DNA of 64,000 nt from Woeseiaceae bacterium (GTDB lineage Bacteria; Pseudomonadota; Gammaproteobacteria; Steroidobacterales; Woeseiaceae), in contig JAJFKT010000026.1 of NCBI GenBank assembly GCA_021773075.1, positions 184,356 through 248,355 on the forward strand, given 5' to 3'. Made by a program: the position numbers and the translations under genes. The stretch's first letter is position 1. The number at the start of each line of letters is the position of its first letter. Shown here one piece after another: positions 23,487 through 32,501 of this stretch. The notes beneath the pieces are model-generated. The model did not search any database and was not told the origin of the DNA. It saw only the letters and a program-made list of their open reading frames with translations.

Positions 23487-26153
23487 TCATAAATACTGGG
23501 TTTCGGTAGCATCCAGAACAACACGAATTCGTTGCGCCAGCTGTGCGGAGGAATAGGGCTTCGGTAATAACGGAATCTTTTGCGCGCTTTCAATTTCTCT
23601 ATCGCTTTCTGGCTCCATCCCGGTAGTAAGCAATACCTTCATGTCCGGCCAGGTATTCATCGCAATATGCGCAAGCTCTCGACCATTGGTCTCACCGGGC
23701 ATGACAATGTCGGCAAACAGAAGGTCTATCTGCTGGTTCTGTTGCAGAATATCCATCGCCGCGGCTGCATCTTCGGCATAAAGAGTTTCATATCCGAGAC
23801 GATTCAGAGTACGGCAAGCGAACTGGCGTACCCTCTTATTGTCTTCCACAACGAGTATGATTTCCTCGCCCGTTGGGAGATCCTCATCTACGACTTCAAT
23901 TTCAAAATCTTCCGTTGTAGCCACACTTGGAAACGATAATTTGATGCAGGTGCCTTTGTCCGGGCCACTATCGATGTGAAGAATACCGCCGCACTGTTGA
24001 ACAAAATCACTGACCATCGTTAATCCAAGTCCGGTACCTGTCTCAACGGTCTTGGTTGTAAAGAATGGCTCAATGGCCCGGCGTCTGGTTTCGTCGTCCA
24101 TTCCGACGCCATCGTCTGTCACAGTCAGTACAATAAAATCGCCGGAACCTAGATCACCATCCCCTTCTGTTTTATTCACCATCTCCTGCAGGGTCGAGAT
24201 TATTATGTTCCCCCCATCTGGCATGGCGTCACGAGCGTTGGTGACCATATTGAGTACCGCGCTTTCCAGACGATTCTTATCAACAAGGATATTGTCGATG
24301 TCATTATCCAGTTCCATTCTTATACTGATCTCCGGAACCGATCGCTGTATGAGTCTCTCCATAGCTACAAGAATGTTGTTGATGTTCATAGAATGAACAT
24401 CAAGTTCCTGACGGCGAGAATAGGCCAGTAATCGCTTGATTAGGTCGGCCCCGTCCTGGGCTGCGGACAGCGCATCATCAAGCAGATCGTTATGATCCTG
24501 GTCTTCATAAACCACATCCAGCTTAAGAAACCGCAGGTTGCCTCGAATGACCGTCAAAAGATTATTGAAATCGTGAGAAATGCCGTCTGTCATGCGGCCA
24601 ATTGCCTCAAGTTTCATGGCCTGGGTCAGCATACTCTCCTTCTTGCGTGCATCCGTAATGTCTTCATTGATCGAGATGTAGCGGGCGATTTGACCTTCCT
24701 GATCTCGGACGGGGCAGATCGTGGAAGACAGCCAGAACGGGTCGCCGTTCTTTGTCCTGTTTTGAAATACCCCTCGCCAAATACCGCCTTTTGAAACAGT
24801 TCCCCAAAGTTCCTTGTAGTTTTCCTTCGAGGTCTGGCCGGAGCTCAAAAAACGGGGGTTCTCACCGATTACCTCATCCTCACGATAACCGGTGATATCG
24901 TAAAAACGGGGGTTAACGTATTCAATGTTTCCTGCAGCATTGGTAATCATTATCGATACCGGGCTTTGTTCAACGGCACTGGAGAGCTGTTGCAGCTCGG
25001 CGTTCATTTTTTCCTCACCGGACAGGTCACGCATGATGCCGGTAAATGAAACGTTCTGCCCTTCTTGCACCTTACTGACAGTGAGGTAAATCGGAACGAA
25101 ATCACCATCCTTACGCCGCGCCTGTACTCTTCGGCCGGTGCCAATGATCGTGGCAATATCTGTTCGCAAATATTCTCTTATATAGTCATCATGCGTTTCA
25201 GCGTCTGGCAAAGACATAAGCATTGATACGTTTTGGCCCAACACCTGATCGGCCGCATAAGCAAAAATTGACTCTGCGGCCAGATTGAATGTCTGGATGA
25301 TTCCCGCTTCATCTATTGTGACAATACCTTCACCCGCGTTATTCAAGATTGATTCCAGGCGTAATTCGCGATCCAGTATTTCTTCTTGTTTGCCAATCAA
25401 ACTCCGGTGCATTACCTCAAGGTCTTCCGTCAGACTCTTGAGTTCGGAAATGGTAGTGTTGACGCGGAATTCGATGGAATGATCGCCAGCGGCAATGCTT
25501 GTAGCCAAACCTCTCAGAGATGAAACAGGCCGGGTAAGAAACCGGCCAAAGAAAATCGCCAGCAATATGCTGAATACGATATAGCAACTCGCTATGAATG
25601 AACCATATTGGTACGCAGTATTAATTTGATCCTGCACTGCTAATTCGTCATAGCCTAATCTCAAAGTACCCAGCGATCTGCCATCCACATCACTGAACAA
25701 TTGCACCGCGATAAAATATATCTGGTCTGCATGCTGACCGAAATCAAAGTCTTCCCTAAAAACTATCGGTTCTTTAGTGCCGTTCGTTTCGGTGCCAATC
25801 GTCGTATCATTGTTGTTAATAAGCTCCGCGAAGATCACGTCACCGCTAAATTGTGTCTCGTAAAAAAATGAGGCCTGTTTCTGTGCGTCCTGATTCTCGG
25901 CCGCAGGCTTAAGTATTTCGGAATACAGCAGAGTATCGTTGCGTACCTGATCGATAAACTGGGATTCAAAACTGCGTTCGACGATAAGCAGGATACCGAA
26001 GAACAGCAGGGGAGTAAGCGGGATATGGATAATGAATACCCCAAGCATCATGCGGCCGGTAATGCTATGCCAGAACCGTTTTAGTTGTTCGAATCTGTCC
26101 ACAATATACCCAGCGATTTTAGTCCGGATTGACGCCCGAGTTGTTCGGACCAC
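23487..26153 (-). CDS. hybrid sensor histidine kinase / response regulator (periplasmic sensor, HAMP, 2 x PAS, HisKA, HATPase, REC)
   Basis: H-box region GRMTDGISHDFNNLLTVIRGN. N-box and G-boxes LNMVTNARDAMPDGG...DDGVGMD...GTGLGLTMV. C-terminal receiver ILVVEDNKRVRQF...DLLFADIVMPGETNG...LPKPY. The ORF start overlaps the upstream gene by 73 nt; the ATG at 26051 (MMLGVFIIH..., first TM) is an alternative start. Confidence 0.9.
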   Translation of the reverse strand: MVRTTRASIRTKIAGYIVDRFEQLKRFWHSITGRMMLGVFIIHIPLTPLLFFGILLIVERSFESQFIDQVRNDTLLYSEILKPAAENQDAQKQASFFYETQFSGDVIFAELINNNDTTIGTETNGTKEPIVFREDFDFGQHADQIYFIAVQLFSDVDGRSLGTLRLGYDELAVQDQINTAYQYGSFIASCYIVFSILLAIFFGRFLTRPVSSLRGLATSIAAGDHSIEFRVNTTISELKSLTEDLEVMHRSLIGKQEEILDRELRLESILNNAGEGIVTIDEAGIIQTFNLAAESIFAYAADQVLGQNVSMLMSLPDAETHDDYIREYLRTDIATIIGTGRRVQARRKDGDFVPIYLTVSKVQEGQNVSFTGIMRDLSGEEKMNAELQQLSSAVEQSPVSIMITNAAGNIEYVNPRFYDITGYREDEVIGENPRFLSSGQTSKENYKELWGTVSKGGIWRGVFQNRTKNGDPFWLSSTICPVRDQEGQIARYISINEDITDARKKESMLTQAMKLEAIGRMTDGISHDFNNLLTVIRGNLRFLKLDVVYEDQDHNDLLDDALSAAQDGADLIKRLLAYSRRQELDVHSMNINNILVAMERLIQRSVPEISIRMELDNDIDNILVDKNRLESAVLNMVTNARDAMPDGGNIIISTLQEMVNKTEGDGDLGSGDFIVLTVTDDGVGMDDETRRRAIEPFFTTKTVETGTGLGLTMVSDFVQQCGGILHIDSGPDKGTCIKLSFPSVATTEDFEIEVVDEDLPTGEEIILVVEDNKRVRQFACRTLNRLGYETLYAEDAAAAMDILQQNQQIDLLFADIVMPGETNGRELAHIAMNTWPDMKVLLTTGMEPESDREIESAQKIPLLPKPYSSAQLAQRIRVVLDATETQYL

Positions 26154-26563
26154 ATATAGGAAACAGATCCCGGGTTATCGAGCAATGCCTTAACCAGCGC
26201 ATCAATGTTTTCATATTCAGGTGGCCGCTGGTCCCCAAGCCGGAAAACACGTGAAAGTAATTGACGTTCATATTCACGTTTGGACATGAAAACAATCTGT
26301 TGCAGAAATACGTCTGTTGCGAATCGATCACTCGTATTCAGTAACGGCCTAAGTCGTACCTGAGCTTTAGTCATTGGTACACCCAGGAATAACTTTCGTA
26401 CCTCTGCATGGGCAAGTGGTTCTATCGTTAAATTGTTGCTACAGACCAGCAGCAAGCTGCGTTGCGTCGTCTCTGCGCTGCTGTTTGTGCAAACCAAACA
26501 CAGACACATCAACAAGACTTTGAGTTTCGCCGCTTTCCTCTGCATCAGAACATTGCATCCCAC
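26081..26563 (-). CDS. hypothetical exported protein, periplasmic-binding-protein-like (short)
   Basis: Signal peptide KLKVLLMCLCLVCTNSSAE. LLLVCSNNLTIEPLAHAEVRKLFLGVPMTKAQVRLRPLLN resembles the start of PstS-like type-2 binding folds. Co-oriented with the downstream kinase gene and abutting it. Confidence 0.5.
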   Translation of the reverse strand: MGCNVLMQRKAAKLKVLLMCLCLVCTNSSAETTQRSLLLVCSNNLTIEPLAHAEVRKLFLGVPMTKAQVRLRPLLNTSDRFATDVFLQQIVFMSKREYERQLLSRVFRLGDQRPPEYENIDALVKALLDNPGSVSYMWSEQLGRQSGLKSLGILWTDSNN

Positions 26564-27612
26564 TGCAGCATGATTTGGCCAAAATTGTCTCCTTGCGTAC
26601 GATTTCCGGAAATTTCGAGTTTAAAGGCATGTCGACCAAACGCATTCAAACGAACCCCACCAAGAAGCCTGTCAGTGATGTGACGCGGAAATAGCGCTAG
26701 ATAGGCGTCATCCTCTTCGCCAAAGGTCCATTCACCGCGGCCGAAAATTGTCCATCGATCGTCCAGGTTGTATTCCGTTTGAAGATAGCCGCTAAAAAAA
26801 TTATCTGTTAGCGTCCCCGCCAACTGTTGCAGGCGATTATCGACGTAGAATGTTGAACCTACCAATCGCCACGGGTGGGATTCCCAGTTCCCATACGCTC
26901 CTGCGTTAATTTGGCGAATTTTTTCAATTTCCTGGTTGGTGGCAGGGATTTCAGTGTAATTGACAAACAGGCCGTATCGCGTCGGACTGTATATTACCGG
27001 TTCAAGATAAAGGTTCAGCGCGAGGCTGAGGTCCTGCGAACCCGATGCCGGCTCCAAAACATCCAGCGGTTCCAGTTTGTCGGCCATTTCAGGTCCAGTG
27101 GCCACTGCCAGCGCATAACCCAACCCCTTCTTGTCGTATTCCTTGATGCCTTCAACGAGTAGTCCCGTTAAATGCATAGGCAGGATTCCGTCGTCGTCTT
27201 CGAAGTCAACAATTGATGGCCGACTGATACTGGTTTCCAAATAGGAGCCATGATGAAACTGAGTATTCCAGTAACCTACAGGGTTATGAAACCGTCCGAA
27301 CCAGACCTTGCCATCGCCAATCGTCCAACCCAATTGAATTCGCTCAATATCCTGTTCATCTTTACTGAGTAGCAATTCACCGAGAAAAAGTAGTTTTCCG
27401 TACTCGGCCGTGGCAAATACACCTACACCATAGTTGTAATCATCATCATCGAGTAACGAGTCAGTTGCCAGATTGGTACGATAAACCGTGCCTATGTGAG
27501 GGAATAGCAGGTAATCGAAAGTAGATTCACTGTGACTGGGCGGCGAATAAATCGCTATTGCAATAACAATCAGGACATAGATCAATCCGCCTCTATTATC
27601 GTTACAGTTCAC
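26545..27612 (-). CDS. putative outer-membrane beta-barrel protein
   Basis: N-terminal signal or anchor LIYVLIVIAIAIYSPPSHSE. Alternating hydrophobic pattern, Gly/aromatic-rich, C-terminal ...IMLQWDAMF (terminal Phe). No named family recognised. Confidence 0.5.
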   Translation of the reverse strand: MNCNDNRGGLIYVLIVIAIAIYSPPSHSESTFDYLLFPHIGTVYRTNLATDSLLDDDDYNYGVGVFATAEYGKLLFLGELLLSKDEQDIERIQLGWTIGDGKVWFGRFHNPVGYWNTQFHHGSYLETSISRPSIVDFEDDDGILPMHLTGLLVEGIKEYDKKGLGYALAVATGPEMADKLEPLDVLEPASGSQDLSLALNLYLEPVIYSPTRYGLFVNYTEIPATNQEIEKIRQINAGAYGNWESHPWRLVGSTFYVDNRLQQLAGTLTDNFFSGYLQTEYNLDDRWTIFGRGEWTFGEEDDAYLALFPRHITDRLLGGVRLNAFGRHAFKLEISGNRTQGDNFGQIMLQWDAMF

Positions 27613-27790
27613 CTAGCTATGCTCCCTCGATTAAGCGTCGTTATGTGCTGACCTGCCTCATCCGTGGATGTGACGGGCTAGCGAATGTGGACTAATTATA
27701 CTATGTTGATCGGGAGACAGCGTTTCAGTAGATTTACCTAGTCTTGGCCCAGGGTTTCGTTCGACCCGATCACACCTTAAGAATTAAAGA

Positions 27791-28519
27791 ATGACCGAAT
27801 CCGCGAAAATACTAATTGTTGATGATGATGTTCGAATATGCCGAACTCTGAGGTTGTACCTGAAGCGAGAAGGCTATCAGGTCAGTATCGCAACCGATGG
27901 CGAGGAAATGTGGAAGTGTTTCGAGAATGACCTGCCCGATATGATATTGCTCGATATCATGTTGCCCGGCGACGATGGCATAACTCTGGCCCGCGAGCTG
28001 CGAAAAATTTCTGACGTTGGCATCATCATGCTGACTGGAAAAGATGACCCTGTTGATCAGATTATCGGCTTGGAAATCGGTGCCGATGATTACGTGACCA
28101 AGCCGTTTGATGAACGGCAGTTACTCGCCAGGATTCGGAGTCTGCTGCGTCGGCGCGCGATTCCTGTATCGAACACGACGGTTGAAACCGAAGACCAAAA
28201 TAAGAAGATTATTTTTGACGGTTGGGAAATGGATTTATTCACTCATGAACTGGTTTCCCCGGCAGGTCACAGGACGGAACTGACTTCCCATGAATTCAGA
28301 CTCCTTGAGATATTCGTACGAAATCCAGGGGGGGTCTTAAGCCGCGATCAAATTATGCAGAAACTGTACGAACGTGACTGGTCCTTGAATGATAGAAGCG
28401 TAGACGTGCTCATCGGAAAACTGCGCAAGAAAATCGAGGAAGACTCCTCACGACCAAAATTGATTCTGACCATCCGTAATTTTGGCTATAAGTTCGCTGG
28501 TCGAACTTCGAAAAAATGA
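27791..28519 (+). CDS. OmpR/PhoB-family response regulator (receiver plus winged-helix DNA-binding domain)
   Basis: Canonical receiver ILIVDDDVRICRTL...DMILLDIMLPGDDG...IIMLTGKDD...DDYVTKPF. C-terminal trans_reg_C region LTSHEFRLLEIFVRNPGGVLSRDQIM...RSVDVLIGKLRKKIE...ILTIRNFGYKF. Confidence 0.95.
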   Translation: MTESAKILIVDDDVRICRTLRLYLKREGYQVSIATDGEEMWKCFENDLPDMILLDIMLPGDDGITLARELRKISDVGIIMLTGKDDPVDQIIGLEIGADDYVTKPFDERQLLARIRSLLRRRAIPVSNTTVETEDQNKKIIFDGWEMDLFTHELVSPAGHRTELTSHEFRLLEIFVRNPGGVLSRDQIMQKLYERDWSLNDRSVDVLIGKLRKKIEEDSSRPKLILTIRNFGYKFAGRTSKK

Positions 28520-28593
28520 TCGTATTGGATGGGTCCGGTGCCCAGCGCTGTGCGGCTTGAGTGCAGCGCAGTCGTACTAATATCTGCACGAAT

Positions 28594-28670
28594 TTACATG
28601 TAGTTACAATAAATAATTAATCCTTACGAAATCTTGTTTCTCGGGTTACATAGACTCAGTAAGATTACAT
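28594..28670 (+). promoter_or_regulatory. array of TTACAT-like direct repeats upstream of the trihaem cytochrome genes
   Basis: TTACAT 28594, TTACAA 28604, TTACGA 28624, TTACAT 28646, TTACAT 28665 (spacings 10, 20, 22, 19 nt). They lie in the AT-rich 215-bp gap between the OmpR-type regulator gene and the first cytochrome gene. Confidence 0.45.
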
Positions 28671-28734
28671 CTGGGAATGTATTCCAGAAACGAGACATCC
28701 GGCGAGAAACTCAGAACGTAGTCACAGGTGATAA

Positions 28735-29097
28735 ATGAACAGAATGCGAAACGCGAACACTTCAAAAAAACTCGCAGTACTGGTTTTTGTGTTCTTGATT
28801 GCATATTCCACGTCGTATTCAGAATACGGCGATGTGGTATTGGATCGATATAAAGACACTATGGCAGAAGTCGGCCTGGCACCGGTGGTGTTCCCCCACT
28901 GGACGCATCGAATTCAATTTAAGTGCAAGGCTTGCCATGAAGGTATCTTCCCCATGAAAAAGGGGGCGAGTGACATCACTATGTCAGCAATTATCGACGG
29001 CGAGTTTTGTGGCAATTGCCATAACGGAAAAATCGCCTGGGACCCACTTTATTGCGATCGATGTCATTCGCTGACAGAAACCGAAGATAAGCAGTAG
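28735..29097 (+). CDS. trihaem c7-type cytochrome domain protein (paralog 1, minimal)
   Basis: Signal peptide, then FPHWTHRIQFKCKACHEGIFPMKKGASDITMSAIIDGEFCGNCHNGKIAWDPLYCDRCH. This gives three CXXCH motifs in the spacing I associate with the c7-type trihaem domain (TIGR04257 from memory). Confidence 0.85.
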   Translation: MNRMRNANTSKKLAVLVFVFLIAYSTSYSEYGDVVLDRYKDTMAEVGLAPVVFPHWTHRIQFKCKACHEGIFPMKKGASDITMSAIIDGEFCGNCHNGKIAWDPLYCDRCHSLTETEDKQ

Positions 29098-29100
29098 CCC

Positions 29101-29700
29101 ATGTATATCAGGAATTCTCCAAATTTTGGCAGAATGGTGGTCCGGTTTTTCGTTTGTGCGGTCCTTGTGGGCTACGGCAGTCATCAACTTGTGCTGGCAC
29201 AGGAGCCAACAGCGCAGCCGTCAAAACCGGCAGCGGATGACGTGGTTGATCCTGTAGACACAGATGAGTTCGTAGGAGAAATGTACAAGATTGGACTCGG
29301 CTGGCATCCCACCGATCTTGAAGAGTTTCCCACGGACAAGTTCGGTCTGGTTGACTGGGTGGCAACATTGGAAAAGGGACTGATCCAACCAAGAGGCAGC
29401 ATTGCTGCAAACGCTGTGGAGGGAGTTCCTTTCGACATGAATGTACTCATGCCATCGAAAACCGGCATGATTGCAGGCGCACACTTCCCACATAAAACGC
29501 ATACCACCTGGATGGGGTGTGACAGCTGTCATATCAAAATATTTATGCCGCTTGCCGGCTCCAACGATCTAACGATGTCCACGATTGTTGAGGGAAAAGC
29601 ATGTGGCGTCTGTCATGGGAAAGTGGCTTTCCCACTCAATGACTGCGCCCGATGTCACGTGCCGCCGCCGCAGCCCGGTGATAGCGAAGCTGCCAAATAA
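29101..29700 (+). CDS. trihaem c7-type cytochrome domain protein (paralog 2, with N-terminal extension)
   Basis: HFPHKTHTTWMGCDSCHIKIFMPLAGSNDLTMSTIVEGKACGVCHGKVAFPLNDCARCH (three CXXCH). Signal peptide present. An alternative ATG lies at 29134. Confidence 0.85.
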   Translation: MYIRNSPNFGRMVVRFFVCAVLVGYGSHQLVLAQEPTAQPSKPAADDVVDPVDTDEFVGEMYKIGLGWHPTDLEEFPTDKFGLVDWVATLEKGLIQPRGSIAANAVEGVPFDMNVLMPSKTGMIAGAHFPHKTHTTWMGCDSCHIKIFMPLAGSNDLTMSTIVEGKACGVCHGKVAFPLNDCARCHVPPPQPGDSEAAK

Positions 29701-29734
29701 TGGTCAATTACATGTCTTTTTCTAGTCTCTTATC

Positions 29735-30310
29735 ATGCGCACTGCATCGACTTCCCTTCGCGTAGGTTTGGCTATGCTGATCTTCGTTTGTGGTGTCGCT
29801 GCAAACGAAAACATGCCGGCTGCGCTGGCTGAGGCAGATGATGAAAACTCGTCGCCAACGATAGATGCCGAAGCTACCTTCCTGGAGTCGTTGCATTATT
29901 CCCACGAAGAATTCGTGCGTATCTATGCATCTCTTCCAAGAGATGAAGACAACAAGGTTGATTGGGAGCGGGCAACCAGCGAAGGACTTATCAATCCCCT
30001 CGCTTCCATCGATGTAAACAGTGGCGAAGAATTCGTAATGGACCTTAAGGTTGTAATCAAATTCGACGACATGCTGATCAAGGATGTTGTTTTTTCCCAT
30101 GCCGTTCATACGTACTGGCTTAATTGCAGCTCATGTCACCCAAAGCTCTTCAAGCCGGAGATTGCCGCGAATCGTATGACGATGAAAGAGATACGCGCAG
30201 GAAAATATTGTGGTCATTGCCATGGGATGGTTGCATTCCCGACAGATGTGGTAGACGCCCCGAATTTCCGTGCTAATTGTCTAAGGTGCCATCGCGCTCA
30301 AAGAGGATAA
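29735..30310 (+). CDS. trihaem c7-type cytochrome domain protein (paralog 3, with N-terminal extension)
   Basis: FSHAVHTYWLNCSSCHPKLFKPEIAANRMTMKEIRAGKYCGHCHGMVAFPTDVVDAPNFRANCLRCH (three CXXCH). Signal peptide MRTASTSLRVGLAMLIFVCGVAA. Confidence 0.85.
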   Translation: MRTASTSLRVGLAMLIFVCGVAANENMPAALAEADDENSSPTIDAEATFLESLHYSHEEFVRIYASLPRDEDNKVDWERATSEGLINPLASIDVNSGEEFVMDLKVVIKFDDMLIKDVVFSHAVHTYWLNCSSCHPKLFKPEIAANRMTMKEIRAGKYCGHCHGMVAFPTDVVDAPNFRANCLRCHRAQRG

Positions 30311-30316
30311 TCCGAA

Positions 30317-30940
30317 ATGCGATACTACTTAATACTTCTTCTCCTAACCTCGATCTGGACGTTAACTCCGGACTCCATTCTTCTAGCCGAGGATGACGAT
30401 CCAGTGGATACCAAAATCGTCATAGAAAGAGCCAAAAACCTCAAAACCATGCTTGATCACCTGCTTGTTGATTCAAACCACAGCAGTATCCAGAAGGTCA
30501 TCAATGAAGGGGGCGAATCGAGCGAGCCACTCATTGCAGAGGCGCTCAGACTAAAATCGAGTGGTGAGCGATTGCTCACAGAAAAAAAATATTTGGAGGC
30601 CGCGATCGCGCTCCAGTCCGCGCTCGATCACGTTTTTCAGGCTATCAGGTCGGAGCACGACGAGAATGAGCCAGCGGATGCGCTGGAGTTCAGACTGGCA
30701 GAAAGTGTCGAGATAAACGACACGTTTATCTCGGCTGCGCTACGAGTCGTGAACGGCGAGCCGAGCAAGGAAGCGTCTGGTTTGCTGGAAATGGCCAAGG
30801 ATGTTCGAAGTAAAGCGGACATGCAGATCGCCAACGGTGATGTGGTAGCGGCGCTTGATAATCTGAAACAATCAACTGAAATGGCACAGCAAGCCATCAT
30901 GTCGGTCAGAAATGGCAAGGTCATTGAAAGACGCCAATAA
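30317..30940 (+). CDS. hypothetical exported all-helical protein
   Basis: Signal peptide MRYYLILLLLTSIWTLTPDSILLA, then a charged helical sequence with no Cys or haem motifs. It starts 7 nt after the preceding cytochrome gene. Confidence 0.5.
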   Translation: MRYYLILLLLTSIWTLTPDSILLAEDDDPVDTKIVIERAKNLKTMLDHLLVDSNHSSIQKVINEGGESSEPLIAEALRLKSSGERLLTEKKYLEAAIALQSALDHVFQAIRSEHDENEPADALEFRLAESVEINDTFISAALRVVNGEPSKEASGLLEMAKDVRSKADMQIANGDVVAALDNLKQSTEMAQQAIMSVRNGKVIERRQ

Positions 30941-30993
30941 ATAGCTCGAGATTTTGCTAGCGCACGATCCATTGTAGAGGGAGCACAACGATC

Positions 30994-31734
30994 ATGACAC
31001 TTCGAATCAAATACCTATTGATATTATGCGTGTGTTTATCCGCCGGCCTCTTAATTACGAACACAATAGGCGCAGGCCACGCTGCGCAGACAGATAGCGC
31101 GGTGGGAATACAACAGGACGTGCCGAGCACTATTGATGGGAAGGTATCGAAATCTATTAATGTTCCGGGATATACCTATGTTGAGGTTGATACTGGTGAT
31201 GACAAAATCTGGGCCGCTGTACCCAGCACCTCTGTAACTATTGGCGAGCAGGTGTCGTTTTCAATCGGGATACCGATGCAGAACTTCTACAGCAAGACCC
31301 TGCAACGCAATTTTCCAGTCATTTATTTTGTGGACCATTTTATCACTGACGACGGGGCCACAAGCATGAGTGCGGCCGCCGCGGCGGCACATGGCAGCAT
31401 CAGCCAGGAGCCGGTTGCGGAATTATCCGCAGATATCAGCAAGGTGGAAGGCGGCAATTCGATAGCCGAGGTGCATGCGCAAAAAGACGAACTTAACGGG
31501 GAAACGATACGTGTGCGGGGACAGGTAACCAAGTTCACCGCCGGCGTCCTGGGCAAGAACTGGGTTCATATCAGGGACAGAAGTACCACCAATGATCTGA
31601 CCGTTACCACCGATGCTACAGTTGCAGCCAGCGATGTTGTAATTTTCGAAGGAAAACTCGCACTGGATAAGGACTTTGGTTATGGCTATATTTATTCAGT
31701 CATTCTGGAGGATGCAAGTGTAACGAAGGAATAG
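30994..31734 (+). CDS. hypothetical exported protein with OB-fold-like C-terminal region
   Basis: Signal peptide. GYTYVEVDTGDDKIWAAVPSTSVTIGEQVSF, and later ETIRVRGQVTKFTAGVLGKNWVHIRD. I recall this pattern from proteins annotated as OB-fold in metal-reducing bacteria (from memory, unverified). Confidence 0.45.
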   Translation: MTLRIKYLLILCVCLSAGLLITNTIGAGHAAQTDSAVGIQQDVPSTIDGKVSKSINVPGYTYVEVDTGDDKIWAAVPSTSVTIGEQVSFSIGIPMQNFYSKTLQRNFPVIYFVDHFITDDGATSMSAAAAAAHGSISQEPVAELSADISKVEGGNSIAEVHAQKDELNGETIRVRGQVTKFTAGVLGKNWVHIRDRSTTNDLTVTTDATVAASDVVIFEGKLALDKDFGYGYIYSVILEDASVTKE

Positions 31735-31739
31735 TTGAT

Positions 31740-32402
31740 CTAATCAGGAGCGTGCTCTGCCAACCATTCCTTTGCCAATTCCTCTGCTTCCGCAATTTGC
31801 TCTGAATTCATTACTTGCTCAAGCACAGATATGAGTCGTTTGGCAGCCGCGTCGTTATTCGTTGCTGCGATGTTGAACCACTTGTGTGCGTGCACATTAT
31901 CTTCCGCCGCACCCTCTCCGCGAAAATGCATCACGCCAAGCTGACTTTGCGCATCCGCATGACCTTGTTCTGCTGCTTCTAAAAACAGATCATACGCTTG
32001 CTGATAGTCTTGAGTGAGGTCGCTTCCTGAGAGATATCTTTTGCCAATCGCGAACTGTGCCATTGCAAGACCCTGCTCTGCGGCTTTCAACTGCCACGAT
32101 ACACCCAGTTCAACGTTTCGCGTGATGCCATTCCCGACGACGTACATCCTGCCCAGATCAAACTGGGCAATTGCGAGACCTTGCTCCGCCGCTTTGGCAT
32201 ACCAAAGCACTGCGTTCTTATCGTCCCTGGCCTTGCCCTTACCCGTGCGTTCCTTATTGCCATAAAAGCGTCCCAGATTGTACTGGGCGCGGGCATCGCC
32301 AGACTTTGCGGCTGATCTAAGCTCAGAAAAGTCGTTCGCAGTGGCCGGAGAATTTGAACACAGAATAATGAACAGAAATATTGATATCGGGATCCGCAGC
32401 AT
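31740..32402 (-). CDS. Sel1-like (SLR/TPR) repeat protein, exported
   Basis: ATG 32402 gives the signal MLRIPISIFLFIILCSNSPATA. Repeated SLR units: AQYNLGRFY...AVLWYAKAAEQGLAIAQFDLGRMY...GVSWQLKAAEQGLAMAQFAIGKRY...AYDLFLEAAEQGHADAQSQLGVMH... Confidence 0.85.
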   Translation of the reverse strand: MLRIPISIFLFIILCSNSPATANDFSELRSAAKSGDARAQYNLGRFYGNKERTGKGKARDDKNAVLWYAKAAEQGLAIAQFDLGRMYVVGNGITRNVELGVSWQLKAAEQGLAMAQFAIGKRYLSGSDLTQDYQQAYDLFLEAAEQGHADAQSQLGVMHFRGEGAAEDNVHAHKWFNIAATNNDAAAKRLISVLEQVMNSEQIAEAEELAKEWLAEHAPD

Positions 32403-32501
32403 AGCCGTTTGCAATTTCTCGCTCTGATTGGTTCTGGGATAATTATCTTAGAACGTTCTGGACGACGATGTCCAACGATACTCCGCGGCTTTCCGCCTCG
32501 T

